Of a DNA stretch of 64,000 nucleotides, positions 28,696-38,936 are shown in pieces. How positions within the stretch are numbered: position 1 is the stretch's first letter; every line of letters starts with the position of its first letter. The notes under the pieces are model-generated. The model was not told where the DNA came from, did not search any database, and worked only from the letters and a program-made list of their open reading frames with translations. The position numbers were made by a program, and so were the translations under genes. The stretch is from positions 448,001 through 512,000 of the forward strand of contig CAVSGG010000009.1 in the NCBI GenBank assembly GCA_963727455.1, in the 5' to 3' direction. The stretch is from Candidatus Krumholzibacteriota bacterium. GTDB taxonomy: Bacteria > Krumholzibacteriota > Krumholzibacteriia > JAJRXK01.

Positions 28696-30651
28696 GTGTC
28701 CGAAGTCTACCCCGTAAAAGAGCATATTCGGGATTCAGCACACATTCAGAGCATGGATGAGTACGAGCGTCTCTATCGGCTATCACTCGATAATCCCCAG
28801 TGGTTCTGGTCCGAACAGGCCAAATTGCTGGATTGGTTCCATCCCTGGAATACCGTGTTCGACGCCGACTACGACGAAGTGGACTTCGCCTGGTTTTCGG
28901 GTGGACGGCTGAACGCCTGCTACAACTGCGTCGATCGTCATCTGGAAAAGAAGGGCGATCAGACCGCGATGATCTGGGCCAGCGATGAGGCCGGAACCTA
29001 TCGCCACATCACCTACCGCGAGCTCAAACACGAGGTGTGCCGCATCGCGAACGTGTTGAAGGCGCATGGAGTGAAAAAGGGCGATCGAGTCTGCATGTAC
29101 ATGCCGATGATTCCCGAGCTGGCCTTTTCGATGTTGGCCTGTGCGCGCATCGGTGCGGTCCATTCGGTGGTGTTCGGCGGATTCAGCGCCGAGGCCCTGC
29201 GCGACCGCATCGTCGACGCGCGAGCTCAGATCGTCATCACCGCCAACGAGGGCCTGAGGGGTGGCAAACACATCCCCTTGAAAAAGATCTGCGACCGAGC
29301 CATCGAGGGAATGGATTTCGTCAAGACGGTGCTGGTGGCGCGGCGCACCGAGGCGCAGACCCCCATGACGGTAGGACGCGATCTCTGGCTCGACGAGGAA
29401 GCCCACAAGCAGCGGGCTACCTGCACGGTGGAGTGGATGGGCGCCGAGGATCCGCTGTTCATCCTCTACACTTCCGGCAGCACGGGCCAGCCCAAGGGGG
29501 TCCTGCACACCACGGGCGGATATATGGTCTATGCCGCCATGACCCACAAGTACGTGTTCGACTATCACCCAGGAAACGTCTATTGCTGTGCCGCCGACAT
29601 CGGCTGGATCACGGGACACACCTACATCCTCTACGGACCTTTGGCCAACGCGGCCACCACCGTGCTCTTCGAATCGACTCCCACCTATCCCGATCCGGGA
29701 CGCTACTGGCGGCTGGTCCAGGATCTCAAGATCAACATCTTCTACACCGCGCCCACCGCGTTACGAGCCATCGCGCGGGCAGGCGACGAGTGGGTCAAGA
29801 AATATGATCTCCGCAGCCTGCGTGTACTCGGTTCAGTTGGAGAACCCATCAATCCCGAGATCTGGAAGTGGTATCACGACGTGGTGGGACAGAAGCGCTG
29901 CGCGGTCGTGGACACCTGGTGGCAGACCGAGACCGGAGGCATCCTCATCACTCCTCTCCCCGGAGTCACCCCCACCAAGCCGGGAGCCGCGATGCTCCCC
30001 TTCTTCGGGATCAAGCCCATCCTGCTGGCTCCGGAAAAGGCCACCATCTTGGAGGGCAACGGAGTCAAAGGAGCGCTGTGTCTGGCGACTCCCTGGCCTG
30101 GCCAGGCTCGCACCGTCTGGGGAGATCATCAGCGCTTCAAGCAGACCTATTTCACGCAGTATCCCGGTTACTATTTCACGGGCGATGGATGTACTCGCGA
30201 CGAAGACGGACACTACTGGATCACCGGACGCATCGATGACGTCCTCAACGTATCGGGCCACCGTCTGGGAACTGCGGAGATCGAGAGCGCACTGATCGCG
30301 CACGACATGGTCGCCGAGGCGGCAGTTGTGGGAATTCCGCACGAAATCAAGGGTACGGGAATCTACGCCTACGTGGTCCTGGGCGCCGGCGAAAGCGAGG
30401 TCAAGGCCGACGACATCAGCGGCGCACTGCGCGAGCAAGTCCGGCACGCGATTGGTGGTTTCGCCGCGCCTGACGTCATTCACATCGCGCGCGGTCTCCC
30501 CAAAACGCGAAGCGGCAAGATCATGCGACGTCTTCTGCGCAAGATCGCAGCGGCGGAATACGATGGGCTGGGAGACATCTCCACCCTGGCCGATCCGGAC
30601 GTGGTCAAGCATCTCATCGAGGAGCATCGCGCGCGGAAGGACATGTCCTAG
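28696..30651 (+). CDS. acs: Acetyl-CoA synthetase
   Basis: [46 protein letters not shown]. Confidence 0.95.
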   Translation: MSEVYPVKEHIRDSAHIQSMDEYERLYRLSLDNPQWFWSEQAKLLDWFHPWNTVFDADYDEVDFAWFSGGRLNACYNCVDRHLEKKGDQTAMIWASDEAGTYRHITYRELKHEVCRIANVLKAHGVKKGDRVCMYMPMIPELAFSMLACARIGAVHSVVFGGFSAEALRDRIVDARAQIVITANEGLRGGKHIPLKKICDRAIEGMDFVKTVLVARRTEAQTPMTVGRDLWLDEEAHKQRATCTVEWMGAEDPLFILYTSGSTGQPKGVLHTTGGYMVYAAMTHKYVFDYHPGNVYCCAADIGWITGHTYILYGPLANAATTVLFESTPTYPDPGRYWRLVQDLKINIFYTAPTALRAIARAGDEWVKKYDLRSLRVLGSVGEPINPEIWKWYHDVVGQKRCAVVDTWWQTETGGILITPLPGVTPTKPGAAMLPFFGIKPILLAPEKATILEGNGVKGALCLATPWPGQARTVWGDHQRFKQTYFTQYPGYYFTGDGCTRDEDGHYWITGRIDDVLNVSGHRLGTAEIESALIAHDMVAEAAVVGIPHEIKGTGIYAYVVLGAGESEVKADDISGALREQVRHAIGGFAAPDVIHIARGLPKTRSGKIMRRLLRKIAAAEYDGLGDISTLADPDVVKHLIEEHRARKDMS

Positions 30652-30998
30652 AAGAGACACCCTGAACGAGGCGTCCGCCCCTAAAGCTGGTGTCAGGGGC
30701 CTCTCCCGGCGCGGCTGGTGGCTTCCCGGGCGCGGCGAATTGGACTCGGGCTAGCTCGCAACTTTCTACCCGGGTACACTGGTCCGGATCAATACCTGCA
30801 TCCCCGGGGAGAAAGACCGGGCCTGGGGGGTACCCCTCGGCCCCAATTCCGTGGTGCCAAAATCAGCGTGGGTGCTATCCACCCACCCTCCCCGCCGATG
30901 CAGTACTGCGATTCTCTTGCGGGGCTCGTGAAACCACTTCCAAGCTCCTGTGGGCTGAGATCTGAGCTTCGTTGTTTTTTGAGAAGAAGGGCGAGGGC

Positions 30999-31889
30999 AT
31001 GAGAAGCTTCCATCACGCGACCCTTGCCCTCGCGATCTTCGGGTTGGTGACTCTCGGAGGCGCGTTCCTGGCTTGCGCCCCTTCGCCCCACTTCGTCCCC
31101 TCCCCCAACGACCTGGTCGAGGGACACTACGCCACCGCGGCGCGCATGAAGACACGGGACAGCGCGACTCCGGACTCTCTCATCGTGGCTTCCTACAACA
31201 TCCAATACGGGGAACGGATCGGCCTCGCCGCCAAAGACCTCAGCTCCAACCGACGGCTGCGCGCAGCCGACTTGATTTTCCTGCAGGAAATGGATCCCAT
31301 CGGGACCCGCACTCTGGCGCGCGAGCTGGGATACGACTTCGTCTACTATCCCGCTTCACGGCACCCCAAGCACCACCGTCTCTTCGGCAACGCCATCCTC
31401 TCGCGCTGGCGCATCTACGAGCCACGATTGGTGTTGTTGCGTCACGAGGGAATCTTTGCGGGAACGCAACGAGTGGCGGTCCTGGCCATCATCGGATTGG
31501 GCCAGAAGAGTTTACGAGTCGCCAACGTCCACACGACCACCATCCTCACCCCGCGCGAGCAACGCCTGGAGCAATTCGAAGAGATCCTACGAGAGTTCTC
31601 GCCCGGCGGTCCGCCAGCGTTGGTAGCAGGGGATTTCAATACCGTCGCCAGCAGCGACGTGGCGAAGCTCAAAGACATGTTCCGCCACAGCGGTTTTCGC
31701 ATGGCGCGCCTACCCGCAGGGTCTAGCCTTCGCACGCGACGCGCGGCCCTTCTGAACGCAGAGCCGGTTCTCGATCACATTTTCTACCGGGGACTTCGCT
31801 TCATATCGGCTGGTATCCAAAGCGCCGCAAAGGCGAGCGACCACTATCCAATTTGGGCGGTTTTCGCTCTCCCTACCACGGGGCACTAG
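30999..31889 (+). CDS. Endonuclease/exonuclease/phosphatase family lipoprotein
   Basis: Lipobox FLAC, SYNI, LQE, GNAILSR, AGDFN, LDHIF, SDHYP. Confidence 0.88.
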   Translation: MRSFHHATLALAIFGLVTLGGAFLACAPSPHFVPSPNDLVEGHYATAARMKTRDSATPDSLIVASYNIQYGERIGLAAKDLSSNRRLRAADLIFLQEMDPIGTRTLARELGYDFVYYPASRHPKHHRLFGNAILSRWRIYEPRLVLLRHEGIFAGTQRVAVLAIIGLGQKSLRVANVHTTTILTPREQRLEQFEEILREFSPGGPPALVAGDFNTVASSDVAKLKDMFRHSGFRMARLPAGSSLRTRRAALLNAEPVLDHIFYRGLRFISAGIQSAAKASDHYPIWAVFALPTTGH

Positions 31890-31933
31890 GCGTGGTTGCG
31901 CTGGAAGATCGGCTCGGAGGAATTTTCCCGCGA

Positions 31934-32587
31934 TTACTCGAGCGCGAGGCCAGCCTTGCGCAGAGTGAAACCCTCCGCGTAGCCGTGTTCCGCGCGACAC
32001 TCCATACCGCGAATCCTGGCCAAACCGCGGAAGAGTTCCTCGTCGAACCAGTCCTTCTTGCTCTGCGACGGAAAGCACCGCAACAGATTCTCGACTTTGG
32101 CGTCCATGGTGGCGCGTTCTAGCGGCGCGTAGAGATTGGGCCTTCCCAAATCTCCGTCGTACTTGGGGATCTCGAACTCGAGAATGAGCTGATCGCGGAA
32201 GGTATTCCAGCAGAGCTCGTTCACCAGGCGGTGATCCTGGTGCAGGTCCTCGCGAGTGTGCGTGAAAATGAGATCGGGTTCGGCTTCGCCTTTCAGCTCT
32301 TCGAAACATCGTTTGACCGCTGCGCCCTCATAGGGCAGAAAGCCGTCCCTAAAATCGTGAAAGATGGTCTTCAGAGCGCTCGCGCCATTTCCGAAAGCCT
32401 CCGCTCCCGCGATCGCCTCGGCCCGTCGCGCGCCACCGGCGGCGAACACGACCCACAACAGTCGCACCTCGCTGCGTTGCGCGAGTAACTGAAGAAGCGT
32501 TCCACCGCTGCCGATTTCGATGTCGTCAGGGTGAGCGCCGAGACAGAGCACGTTCAAGGGTCCCTTGGGCAAATCCAGATGTTTCAT
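31934..32587 (-). CDS. PIG-L/LmbE-family de-N-acetylase
   Basis: AHPDDIEIG, HQDH. Confidence 0.9.
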   Translation of the reverse strand: MKHLDLPKGPLNVLCLGAHPDDIEIGSGGTLLQLLAQRSEVRLLWVVFAAGGARRAEAIAGAEAFGNGASALKTIFHDFRDGFLPYEGAAVKRCFEELKGEAEPDLIFTHTREDLHQDHRLVNELCWNTFRDQLILEFEIPKYDGDLGRPNLYAPLERATMDAKVENLLRCFPSQSKKDWFDEELFRGLARIRGMECRAEHGYAEGFTLRKAGLALE

Positions 32588-32600
32588 GGCTCGCCTCGAT

Positions 32601-33398
32601 TCAGCGGGACTGGTTGGAGGCGCGCTTCTGAGCCCACACCTGCCAGGGCTTGTTTCCCGAACGCACCATGGCATCGAGCATTTGGCGGTCTTTGAAGGTG
32701 TCCATGCACTCCCAGAATCCGTCGTAGTGGTAAGTGGCCAGCTGCCGTTTCTCGATGAGACGCTGGAAGGGAGCCGTCACCAGGTCGTCTCCCTCGCGCA
32801 TTTCGTCGAAGATCTGCTGCTTCAACACGAAATACCCGCAGTTGATCCGTGTCGCCTCGTCCACCGGCGCGATCCGGCAGACGCTCCCGTCAGGATCAGA
32901 CTCCACCACGTGGAAAGTCGCGGTGGGACGCACCGAGAGGAAGGTCGCGATCCTGTCCTGCTCCTTCGCGAAATCGAGATATTGGTTGAGGTCGAGATCG
33001 GTCAGGCCGTCGGTGTAGTTGGCGAGAAAGAGCTCCTCCCCCTCCAAGTGCGGCTGGACCGCTTTCAGACGCTCTCCGATTTTGGCTTCGATCCCCGTAT
33101 CCACGAAAGTGATGGTCCAATCCTCGACGTCCTGATTGAAGAGCTCGATCCGCCGGCCACCATCGGAAAGAATGAAATCGTTGGACATGCACTCCTCGTA
33201 GTGCAAAAAGTAGTCCTTGATGACCTCTCCCTTGTACCCCAGGCACAGAATGAATTCCTTGTGCCCGAAGTGGGCATAGTAGCGCATGACCTGCCACAGA
33301 ATTGGGTGCTTTCCCACACGCACCATGGGTTTGGGAAGATCCTCGGAATAGTCGCGAAGGCGTAGTCCCAAACCTCCGCAAAACAGCACGACTTTCAT
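32601..33398 (-). CDS. rfbF: Glucose-1-phosphate cytidylyltransferase
   Basis: CGGLGLRL, PKPMV, CLGYKG, GFWECMDTFKD. Confidence 0.88.
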   Translation of the reverse strand: MKVVLFCGGLGLRLRDYSEDLPKPMVRVGKHPILWQVMRYYAHFGHKEFILCLGYKGEVIKDYFLHYEECMSNDFILSDGGRRIELFNQDVEDWTITFVDTGIEAKIGERLKAVQPHLEGEELFLANYTDGLTDLDLNQYLDFAKEQDRIATFLSVRPTATFHVVESDPDGSVCRIAPVDEATRINCGYFVLKQQIFDEMREGDDLVTAPFQRLIEKRQLATYHYDGFWECMDTFKDRQMLDAMVRSGNKPWQVWAQKRASNQSR

Positions 33399-33452
33399 GA
33401 TCTCATTCCTCTGCTTCGCTGCACACTCGTTCCCTTTTCCATCCCGATCGCC

Positions 33453-34769
33453 TCAACCGCGTCGCCGGTCCACCGGTTTCACTGGACGTCCCTCAAGATA
33501 TCGATCCACTCCATCGCTCAGAGCTTTGGCGTAGACTCTCAGCGCACCGGAAACCGCCTCGACCGTCCGGTCGACGTCCTCATCGCGGTGGGAGTAGGAA
33601 ATGACGAACGAGGGACCCAAAACTCCCCGCTTGATGATTTCCTGCATAAAGAGAGTGCGAAACTCCTGCGAGCGATCTCCGTTTTCATCCTTCGTGATGT
33701 ACACGAGGTTGCAATCGCGGCCGCCGACGCCGAAGTGATCGCCAAGCCCCATTTCCTTCACCACATCCTCGACCCCCACACGCAGTCTCTTCCCCTGGCG
33801 GTGCAGAGTACCGACGACGTCCTCGCGCCGGTAGACATTCATCACCGCCAGGCCGGCGGCAAGCGCATGCGTTTCCGCCCCGTGCGTGGTCGAGAGCAGG
33901 AACACCCGGTCGCGATCGTGTTCGTAGCCGCCCAGCTCCATGATCTCACGCTTCCCCACCAAGGCCGAGAGCGCATATCCGTTCGACATCGCCTTGCCGA
34001 AGCACGAGAGATCCGGATCGAGCCCATAGCTTTTCTGTGCTCCAGGCACATCCCAGCGGAATCCCGTGATCATCTCGTCCAGAACGAAGAGGGTCCCGTT
34101 CCTTCGGCAGAGCTCCTGCGCGCGGCTAAGGAAGTTGTCCACCGGAGGTGATTCCCTCTCGGCCTCCATGATCAGTGCGGCGATCTGTCCCGGGTTCTCG
34201 TCGAAAAGCCTCTCTACGCTCTGAATGTCGTTGTACGAGAAGGGCAGACTGAGCCGGGAGATGGCCCCGGGGATGCCCGAGTTCAGCTCGGTGGTGCCCA
34301 TGAACCAATCTTCGTAGGAAAAGAAGGGATGGTCCCCGCAGTACGCAATCTTCTCGCGGCCGGTGTGAGCCCGGGCCAGGCGAATCGCCGCCGCCGTCGT
34401 GGTGGAGCCGTCCTTGCAGAACTTCACCATCTCCGCCTTGGGCAAGAAGCCGAGAAGCGATTCCGCGCATTCGACCTCCAGCTGCGAGGGTCTAGTAAAA
34501 TTCGAGCCCGCGCCCAATTGCTTGCGCACCGCTTCCACCACCTCCGGATAGGCGTGGCCCAGGGTCACCGCTCGAAGCCCCATTCCGTACTCGATGTACT
34601 CGTTCCCATCGACGTCCCAAACGTGACAACCACTTCCGCGTTCGATCATCGCCGGCGCTTGCTCCGGATACTGATCGTCACCCTTGGAGTAGGTATGGCA
34701 ACCCCCCGGGATGAGTTGGTGCGCCCTTCGGCTGAGTTCTTTCGAACGGCGGAATCGATCACCGCTCAT
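33453..34769 (-). CDS. Class III aminotransferase (glutamate-1-semialdehyde aminomutase-like, polysaccharide-cluster type)
   Basis: PGGCHTYSKGDDQYP, DEMITGFR, FGKAMSNG, STTHG. Confidence 0.88.
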   Translation of the reverse strand: MSGDRFRRSKELSRRAHQLIPGGCHTYSKGDDQYPEQAPAMIERGSGCHVWDVDGNEYIEYGMGLRAVTLGHAYPEVVEAVRKQLGAGSNFTRPSQLEVECAESLLGFLPKAEMVKFCKDGSTTTAAAIRLARAHTGREKIAYCGDHPFFSYEDWFMGTTELNSGIPGAISRLSLPFSYNDIQSVERLFDENPGQIAALIMEAERESPPVDNFLSRAQELCRRNGTLFVLDEMITGFRWDVPGAQKSYGLDPDLSCFGKAMSNGYALSALVGKREIMELGGYEHDRDRVFLLSTTHGAETHALAAGLAVMNVYRREDVVGTLHRQGKRLRVGVEDVVKEMGLGDHFGVGGRDCNLVYITKDENGDRSQEFRTLFMQEIIKRGVLGPSFVISYSHRDEDVDRTVEAVSGALRVYAKALSDGVDRYLEGRPVKPVDRRRG

Positions 34770-34770
34770 G

Positions 34771-36090
34771 TCATTCCTCCTTGCGCAGCAAGGCGTGTTC
34801 TTCGAGCACACCGGCCATTTCCGAGAGTAGACCGTGCTCGAGCCCCGAGAGCTCTGCGATATCCCGCAGCGAATGTAGCCCGTCGGAGTAGTTCAAGAGC
34901 CAGAGCATGGCTGACTCGCGTTCGCTCTTGCCGCGGTGGCCGCCAAGGAGCGTGTACAGGCCTCTCCGGCCCAACTGAGGCTCAGCTTCGGGAAGAAGGT
35001 TCTTGTAATAGTTGTTCTCCTCCAACTCCCCGCATATCCGTAGCAGAATTTCGAGGGCTTCGGCGAGGCTCTTCTCGCTGATGAATGCGAGATCATCACC
35101 CGAGGTGTGATATTCGGGGTAGCTTCCCCAGGGTGTACGCGAAAAGCGCCCCACGGGCAAACAAAAGCCCGGAGAGTTGTATTGACGCTCGTCGTATCCG
35201 TCCGGACTGAAATTAAATATCCGGTAGTCTTGGCCCGATTCCCGCAGAAGACGGCCCACGATTCGATCCATCTCCGCCACGCTGGCGCGGCTGCGCTTGT
35301 AAGTGAAAGCGCCGCGATCACCGACCCCTGCCACGATCAAACCGCCACGAATGAGACTCAGCTGTTCCCGGTTGCGGGCGAGAAACGCGATGGCTCCCAC
35401 CGTCCCCGGCGCGAACAAGAAACGATAGGTGAAGCGCCGCGGCCGTTCCACCAGGTGCCACGCCAAGCTTCGGGCGACCACCAGTCCGGAGAGATTGTCG
35501 TTCGCCAAGGAGGGATGACAGGCGTGCGAGGAGATGAGGATTTCCTCTTCTCGCCTTCCCGGCAGAATGATCTCCCCGTAGCTCAGGCTTCCGTCCTTCA
35601 AACTGGAATCGATGAAGACCTCGTAGTCCCCCTCCGACAAGCGCTCGCGTTGCCGATGGGACAAGCAAAATCCCCAGTTCTCCTGGTAGTACGAGGTCTT
35701 CCAGGGAATCCAATCCACTTGCTCGGGCAGTGAATGCAAGTGCTTCTGAAGTTTCGACAGGGGCATGCGCTCGTGCATCGGAACCGAGTAGCCCATCAGA
35801 TGTAGGTTACAGCGCGCGAAATCGACGACCTTTTCCCCATCGGGTCCTTTGATCCACGCTTCTTTACAGTTCCATTCCTTCGGCACGGTCCAATCGAGGA
35901 TCGGTGTTCCAGTCTTTACCTCGTGCAAATGGAAGGGAAGCCCCTCTCCCAGGCGACTCAGAGTCGCCCGCAGTCCGTCCCCGGTGATGGACCGGGCCAG
36001 GGGATACAGTTCCGTCGCGAGCGCGTGCATCGCACGACCCTCGTCTGCCCCACGAACGAGCGACCACTGCCTTGCCCGTGCCTGGTTCAT
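34771..36090 (-). CDS. DUF4910/DUF2172 peptidase-fold protein
   Basis: RSITGDGLR, DWTVPKEW, HACHPSLANDNLSG, DERQYNSPG, EYHTS, C-terminal HTH. Confidence 0.85.
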   Translation of the reverse strand: MNQARARQWSLVRGADEGRAMHALATELYPLARSITGDGLRATLSRLGEGLPFHLHEVKTGTPILDWTVPKEWNCKEAWIKGPDGEKVVDFARCNLHLMGYSVPMHERMPLSKLQKHLHSLPEQVDWIPWKTSYYQENWGFCLSHRQRERLSEGDYEVFIDSSLKDGSLSYGEIILPGRREEEILISSHACHPSLANDNLSGLVVARSLAWHLVERPRRFTYRFLFAPGTVGAIAFLARNREQLSLIRGGLIVAGVGDRGAFTYKRSRASVAEMDRIVGRLLRESGQDYRIFNFSPDGYDERQYNSPGFCLPVGRFSRTPWGSYPEYHTSGDDLAFISEKSLAEALEILLRICGELEENNYYKNLLPEAEPQLGRRGLYTLLGGHRGKSERESAMLWLLNYSDGLHSLRDIAELSGLEHGLLSEMAGVLEEHALLRKEE

Positions 36091-36635
36091 CCTCTGCCCT
36101 TTTTCACCGGATGGTAATCGGGATAGTTCGCATCTCTCTCGTTGATCAGTTCGACCTCGATGGGTAGCTCGATTCCGAAGACTGGATCATTCCATCGGAC
36201 ACCGTGCGCATGATCCGGCGCGTAGCTATGTGAAAGTTGATAGAACACTACCGTGTCGTCGAGGAGTGTGATGAAACCGTGGTAGCAACCTTTGGGAATG
36301 TAGAGCAGGCGGCGGTTCTCCTCGCTGAGTTCGATCCCGAAGTGCTTCAAGTAGCTGGGTGATTCCGGCCTCAGGTCGAGAACGAGGTCGTAGAGCGCCC
36401 CCTTCTCGCAACGTACGAGTTTGGTCTCCTGATGTGGCGCCAGCTGGGCGTGAAGTCCACGAAATGTGCCGCGTTTCAGATTTCCCGAGATGTTGCACTG
36501 TTCGACCTGAGGATCCAGACCGTGCTCTTCGAACTCCTCCCGGCAGAAGGAGCGCGCGAAAAAGCCCCGCTCGTCCGCGTGCTTCTGCAACTCAATCCAG
36601 TACGCGCCTTCGACTGGAGTGGGATGGATGGTCAT
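36087..36635 (-). CDS. rfbC: RmlC-like NDP-sugar 3,5-epimerase
   Basis: DERGFFARSF, RGLH, KLVRC, HGFITL, RWNDP. Confidence 0.88.
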   Translation of the reverse strand: MTIHPTPVEGAYWIELQKHADERGFFARSFCREEFEEHGLDPQVEQCNISGNLKRGTFRGLHAQLAPHQETKLVRCEKGALYDLVLDLRPESPSYLKHFGIELSEENRRLLYIPKGCYHGFITLLDDTVVFYQLSHSYAPDHAHGVRWNDPVFGIELPIEVELINERDANYPDYHPVKKGRG

Positions 36636-37876
36636 GGAAGAACCTCGACTTTGGGGATGGGAACGACGAACGCCCCACCCCACTCTCGAATGAATGCATT
36701 CTGCTCGATGATCTCGTTCTTGAGATTCCAGGGCAGAATGAGGAGGTAATCGGGCTTTCTATCGGCGATGGCTTCGGGAGCTAGGATTGGAATGTGTGTG
36801 CCCGGCAGATACTTCCCGTGTTTGTGCGGGTTGCGATCCACGGTGAATTCGACGAGGTCGGTGCGAATTCCGCAGTAGTTGAGCAGGGTGTTGCCCTTGC
36901 CCGGGGCGCCGTAGCCGGCAACTCTCTTCCCCTTGCGGCGCGCATCGATGAGAAACTCCAGTAGATCCCGTTTCTGGGCATACACTCTCTCCTGAAACTC
37001 CCGGTAAGCCTCCAATCCGTCCAGTCCGGCTGCGGACTCCTGCAGTCGGAGCGCCTCCACGCTGTCTTCCTCGGGACGCGAGTCGTACTCGTGGCAAGCG
37101 TGAACCCGCAGCGAGCCTCCATGCGTGCCCAGCTCTTCGATATGAAGGGAGCGTAGTCCGTGGGCCTTGAAGATTCTCTCCAGGGCCAAAAGCGAGAAGT
37201 ATGAATAGTGCTCGTGGTAGATAGTGTCGTACTGATTCTGCTGCATCAAGCGCAAGAGGTGGGGAAACTCCAGGGTGATCGTACCGGTATCGGCGAGCAG
37301 GATCCGCATGCCTTCCACGAAGTCGTTGAGCTCGTGCACTTGGGCGAGCACGTTGTTGCCCACGATCAAATCGGCCTTGCCGCGACTTGCCGCCAGCTGT
37401 GCAGCGAATTTGCTGCCGAAGAACTCCGTGAGGGTCTCCACCCCTTTCTCCCGTGCCTCTACTGCCACGTTCTCTGCGGGATCGACTCCGAGGCAGGGGA
37501 TTCCCTGCTTGACGAAATGCTGGAGCAGATAGCCGTCGTTGCTGGCCACCTCCACCACGAGACTGTCCTGGTTCAGACCCAGACGTTGCGTCATCGTCTC
37601 CGTATAACGGCGCGCGTGCTCCACCCAGGAAGTGGAATAGGCCGAAAAATAGGCGTAGTCGCGAAAGATCTCGTCCGGCGCCACGACTTCCTCGAGTTGA
37701 ACCAGATAGCATCGCCTGCAGACGTAGACCACCAGGGGATAAAAGGGCTCCATCGAGTGGATTTGCTCCACCGAGAGAAAGCTCTCGCAGGGAGGGGACA
37801 TCCCCAAGTCGACGAAGATTTCGCCGAGGGGTTCTCCGCAAGAACGACAGACAGATGCCGACTTTTTCTCGTTCAA
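36632..37876 (-). CDS. NDP-hexose C-methyltransferase (Zn-binding, class I SAM)
   Basis: CRSC...CRRC, EVASNDGYLL, DTIYHEH, YGAPGKGNT, ILPWN. Confidence 0.9.
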   Translation of the reverse strand: MNEKKSASVCRSCGEPLGEIFVDLGMSPPCESFLSVEQIHSMEPFYPLVVYVCRRCYLVQLEEVVAPDEIFRDYAYFSAYSTSWVEHARRYTETMTQRLGLNQDSLVVEVASNDGYLLQHFVKQGIPCLGVDPAENVAVEAREKGVETLTEFFGSKFAAQLAASRGKADLIVGNNVLAQVHELNDFVEGMRILLADTGTITLEFPHLLRLMQQNQYDTIYHEHYSYFSLLALERIFKAHGLRSLHIEELGTHGGSLRVHACHEYDSRPEEDSVEALRLQESAAGLDGLEAYREFQERVYAQKRDLLEFLIDARRKGKRVAGYGAPGKGNTLLNYCGIRTDLVEFTVDRNPHKHGKYLPGTHIPILAPEAIADRKPDYLLILPWNLKNEIIEQNAFIREWGGAFVVPIPKVEVLP

Positions 37877-37886
37877 GGTCAACTCC

Positions 37887-38936
37887 TCAATCGGCCGGGA
37901 TTGCCTTCTTCGTCCAACGCAGTTCGTTGTCCAAGTAACCTTCACTCAACAACATGCGCACATGATCGATGCGGTTGTAGGTGGGACCCTCGAATTCCTC
38001 GAGTTTCAGGCCGTGGCTTGCATAGGCCTCCAGCAGTTCGCGTGCGCCCTTCCTGGCATCCCACCTGGGTTGGAACGCGGGAAGCCGCTCCTGGATCTTG
38101 CTCACGTCCACCTGGTAGTTGCGAGCGTCCGCGGAGGCGCCTTCGGCCAATTCCAGCTCGCAACCCGGCTGCGCCTCTTTGACGATCTCCGCCAGCTGTC
38201 GAATCCGATAGTTCTCCCCCGGAGGAGCCACGTTGAAGGCTTCGGCTCGAACCGTCTCGCTGGGCGCGGCCAGAACCGCCGCGAAGGCGCGGGCCATGTC
38301 CTCCACGTGAATCAAAGGGCGCCAGGGCGATCCGTCGCTCTTCAGGTGCACTTTCCCCGTGGTGTAGGCCCAGGCCGAGAGGTTGTTCAACACGATGTCG
38401 AAACGGAGCCGCGGCGACACCCCATAGGCAGTGGCGAAGCGGAGGAAGGTCGGCGTAAAGGTATCGGTGGCCAGCCCGGCGATCTCCTGCTCGGCTTTGA
38501 CTTTCGATTGCGAGTAAGGAGTCAGCGGACGCAGCGGCGCATCCTCCTTGGCGGGCCGGTCGTCTCCCGCGCCATAGTTGCTACAGGTGGACGCGAAAAC
38601 GAAGCGCCTGACGCCAGCCTCGCGCGCCGCCCTCGCCACTCGCACCGCGCCCTCGTGGTTGATGGCCCAGGTCAGCTGTGGGTTGAGGTTGCCCAAAGGA
38701 TCGTTGGAAAGCGCGGCCAGGTGAATGACCGCCTCCACCCGTGTGAAATCCGCAGCGACGGCATCCCGCACGTCTTTTTCCACCGCGGGAATTTCGAGCG
38801 GGTTCTTTCCGTAGCTGCACCTGCGGTAGAGGTCGATGTCCATGCCGTACATTTCGTGCCCCAGGCTCTGCAGGTGCGGAACCAGCACGGAGCCGACGTA
38901 ACCGCGATGACCGGTGATCAGGATGCGCATTCTCAT
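37887..38936 (-). CDS. NAD-dependent sugar epimerase/dehydratase (extended SDR)
   Basis: TGHRGYVG, LAALSNDP, YSQSK, LRFATAYG. Confidence 0.9.
   Translation of the reverse strand: MRMRILITGHRGYVGSVLVPHLQSLGHEMYGMDIDLYRRCSYGKNPLEIPAVEKDVRDAVAADFTRVEAVIHLAALSNDPLGNLNPQLTWAINHEGAVRVARAAREAGVRRFVFASTCSNYGAGDDRPAKEDAPLRPLTPYSQSKVKAEQEIAGLATDTFTPTFLRFATAYGVSPRLRFDIVLNNLSAWAYTTGKVHLKSDGSPWRPLIHVEDMARAFAAVLAAPSETVRAEAFNVAPPGENYRIRQLAEIVKEAQPGCELELAEGASADARNYQVDVSKIQERLPAFQPRWDARKGARELLEAYASHGLKLEEFEGPTYNRIDHVRMLLSEGYLDNELRWTKKAIPAD

Noticed and set aside
30742-30810. Partial resemblance to a TPP riboswitch (GGACUCGGG, UACCCG, CUGGUCCGGAUCAAUACC)
   Set aside because: Lacks the invariant UGAGA and the GCGUAGGGA 3' segment, and the downstream gene is not thiamine-related
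30800-30870. Partial resemblance to a SAM-I riboswitch (GACCGGGCC...GGUGCCAA)
   Set aside because: No AUCnAGAG or GCAAC core
33453-34769. Calling this gene hemL
   Set aside because: Its context is a sugar-modification operon and the N-terminal motif differs from true HemL
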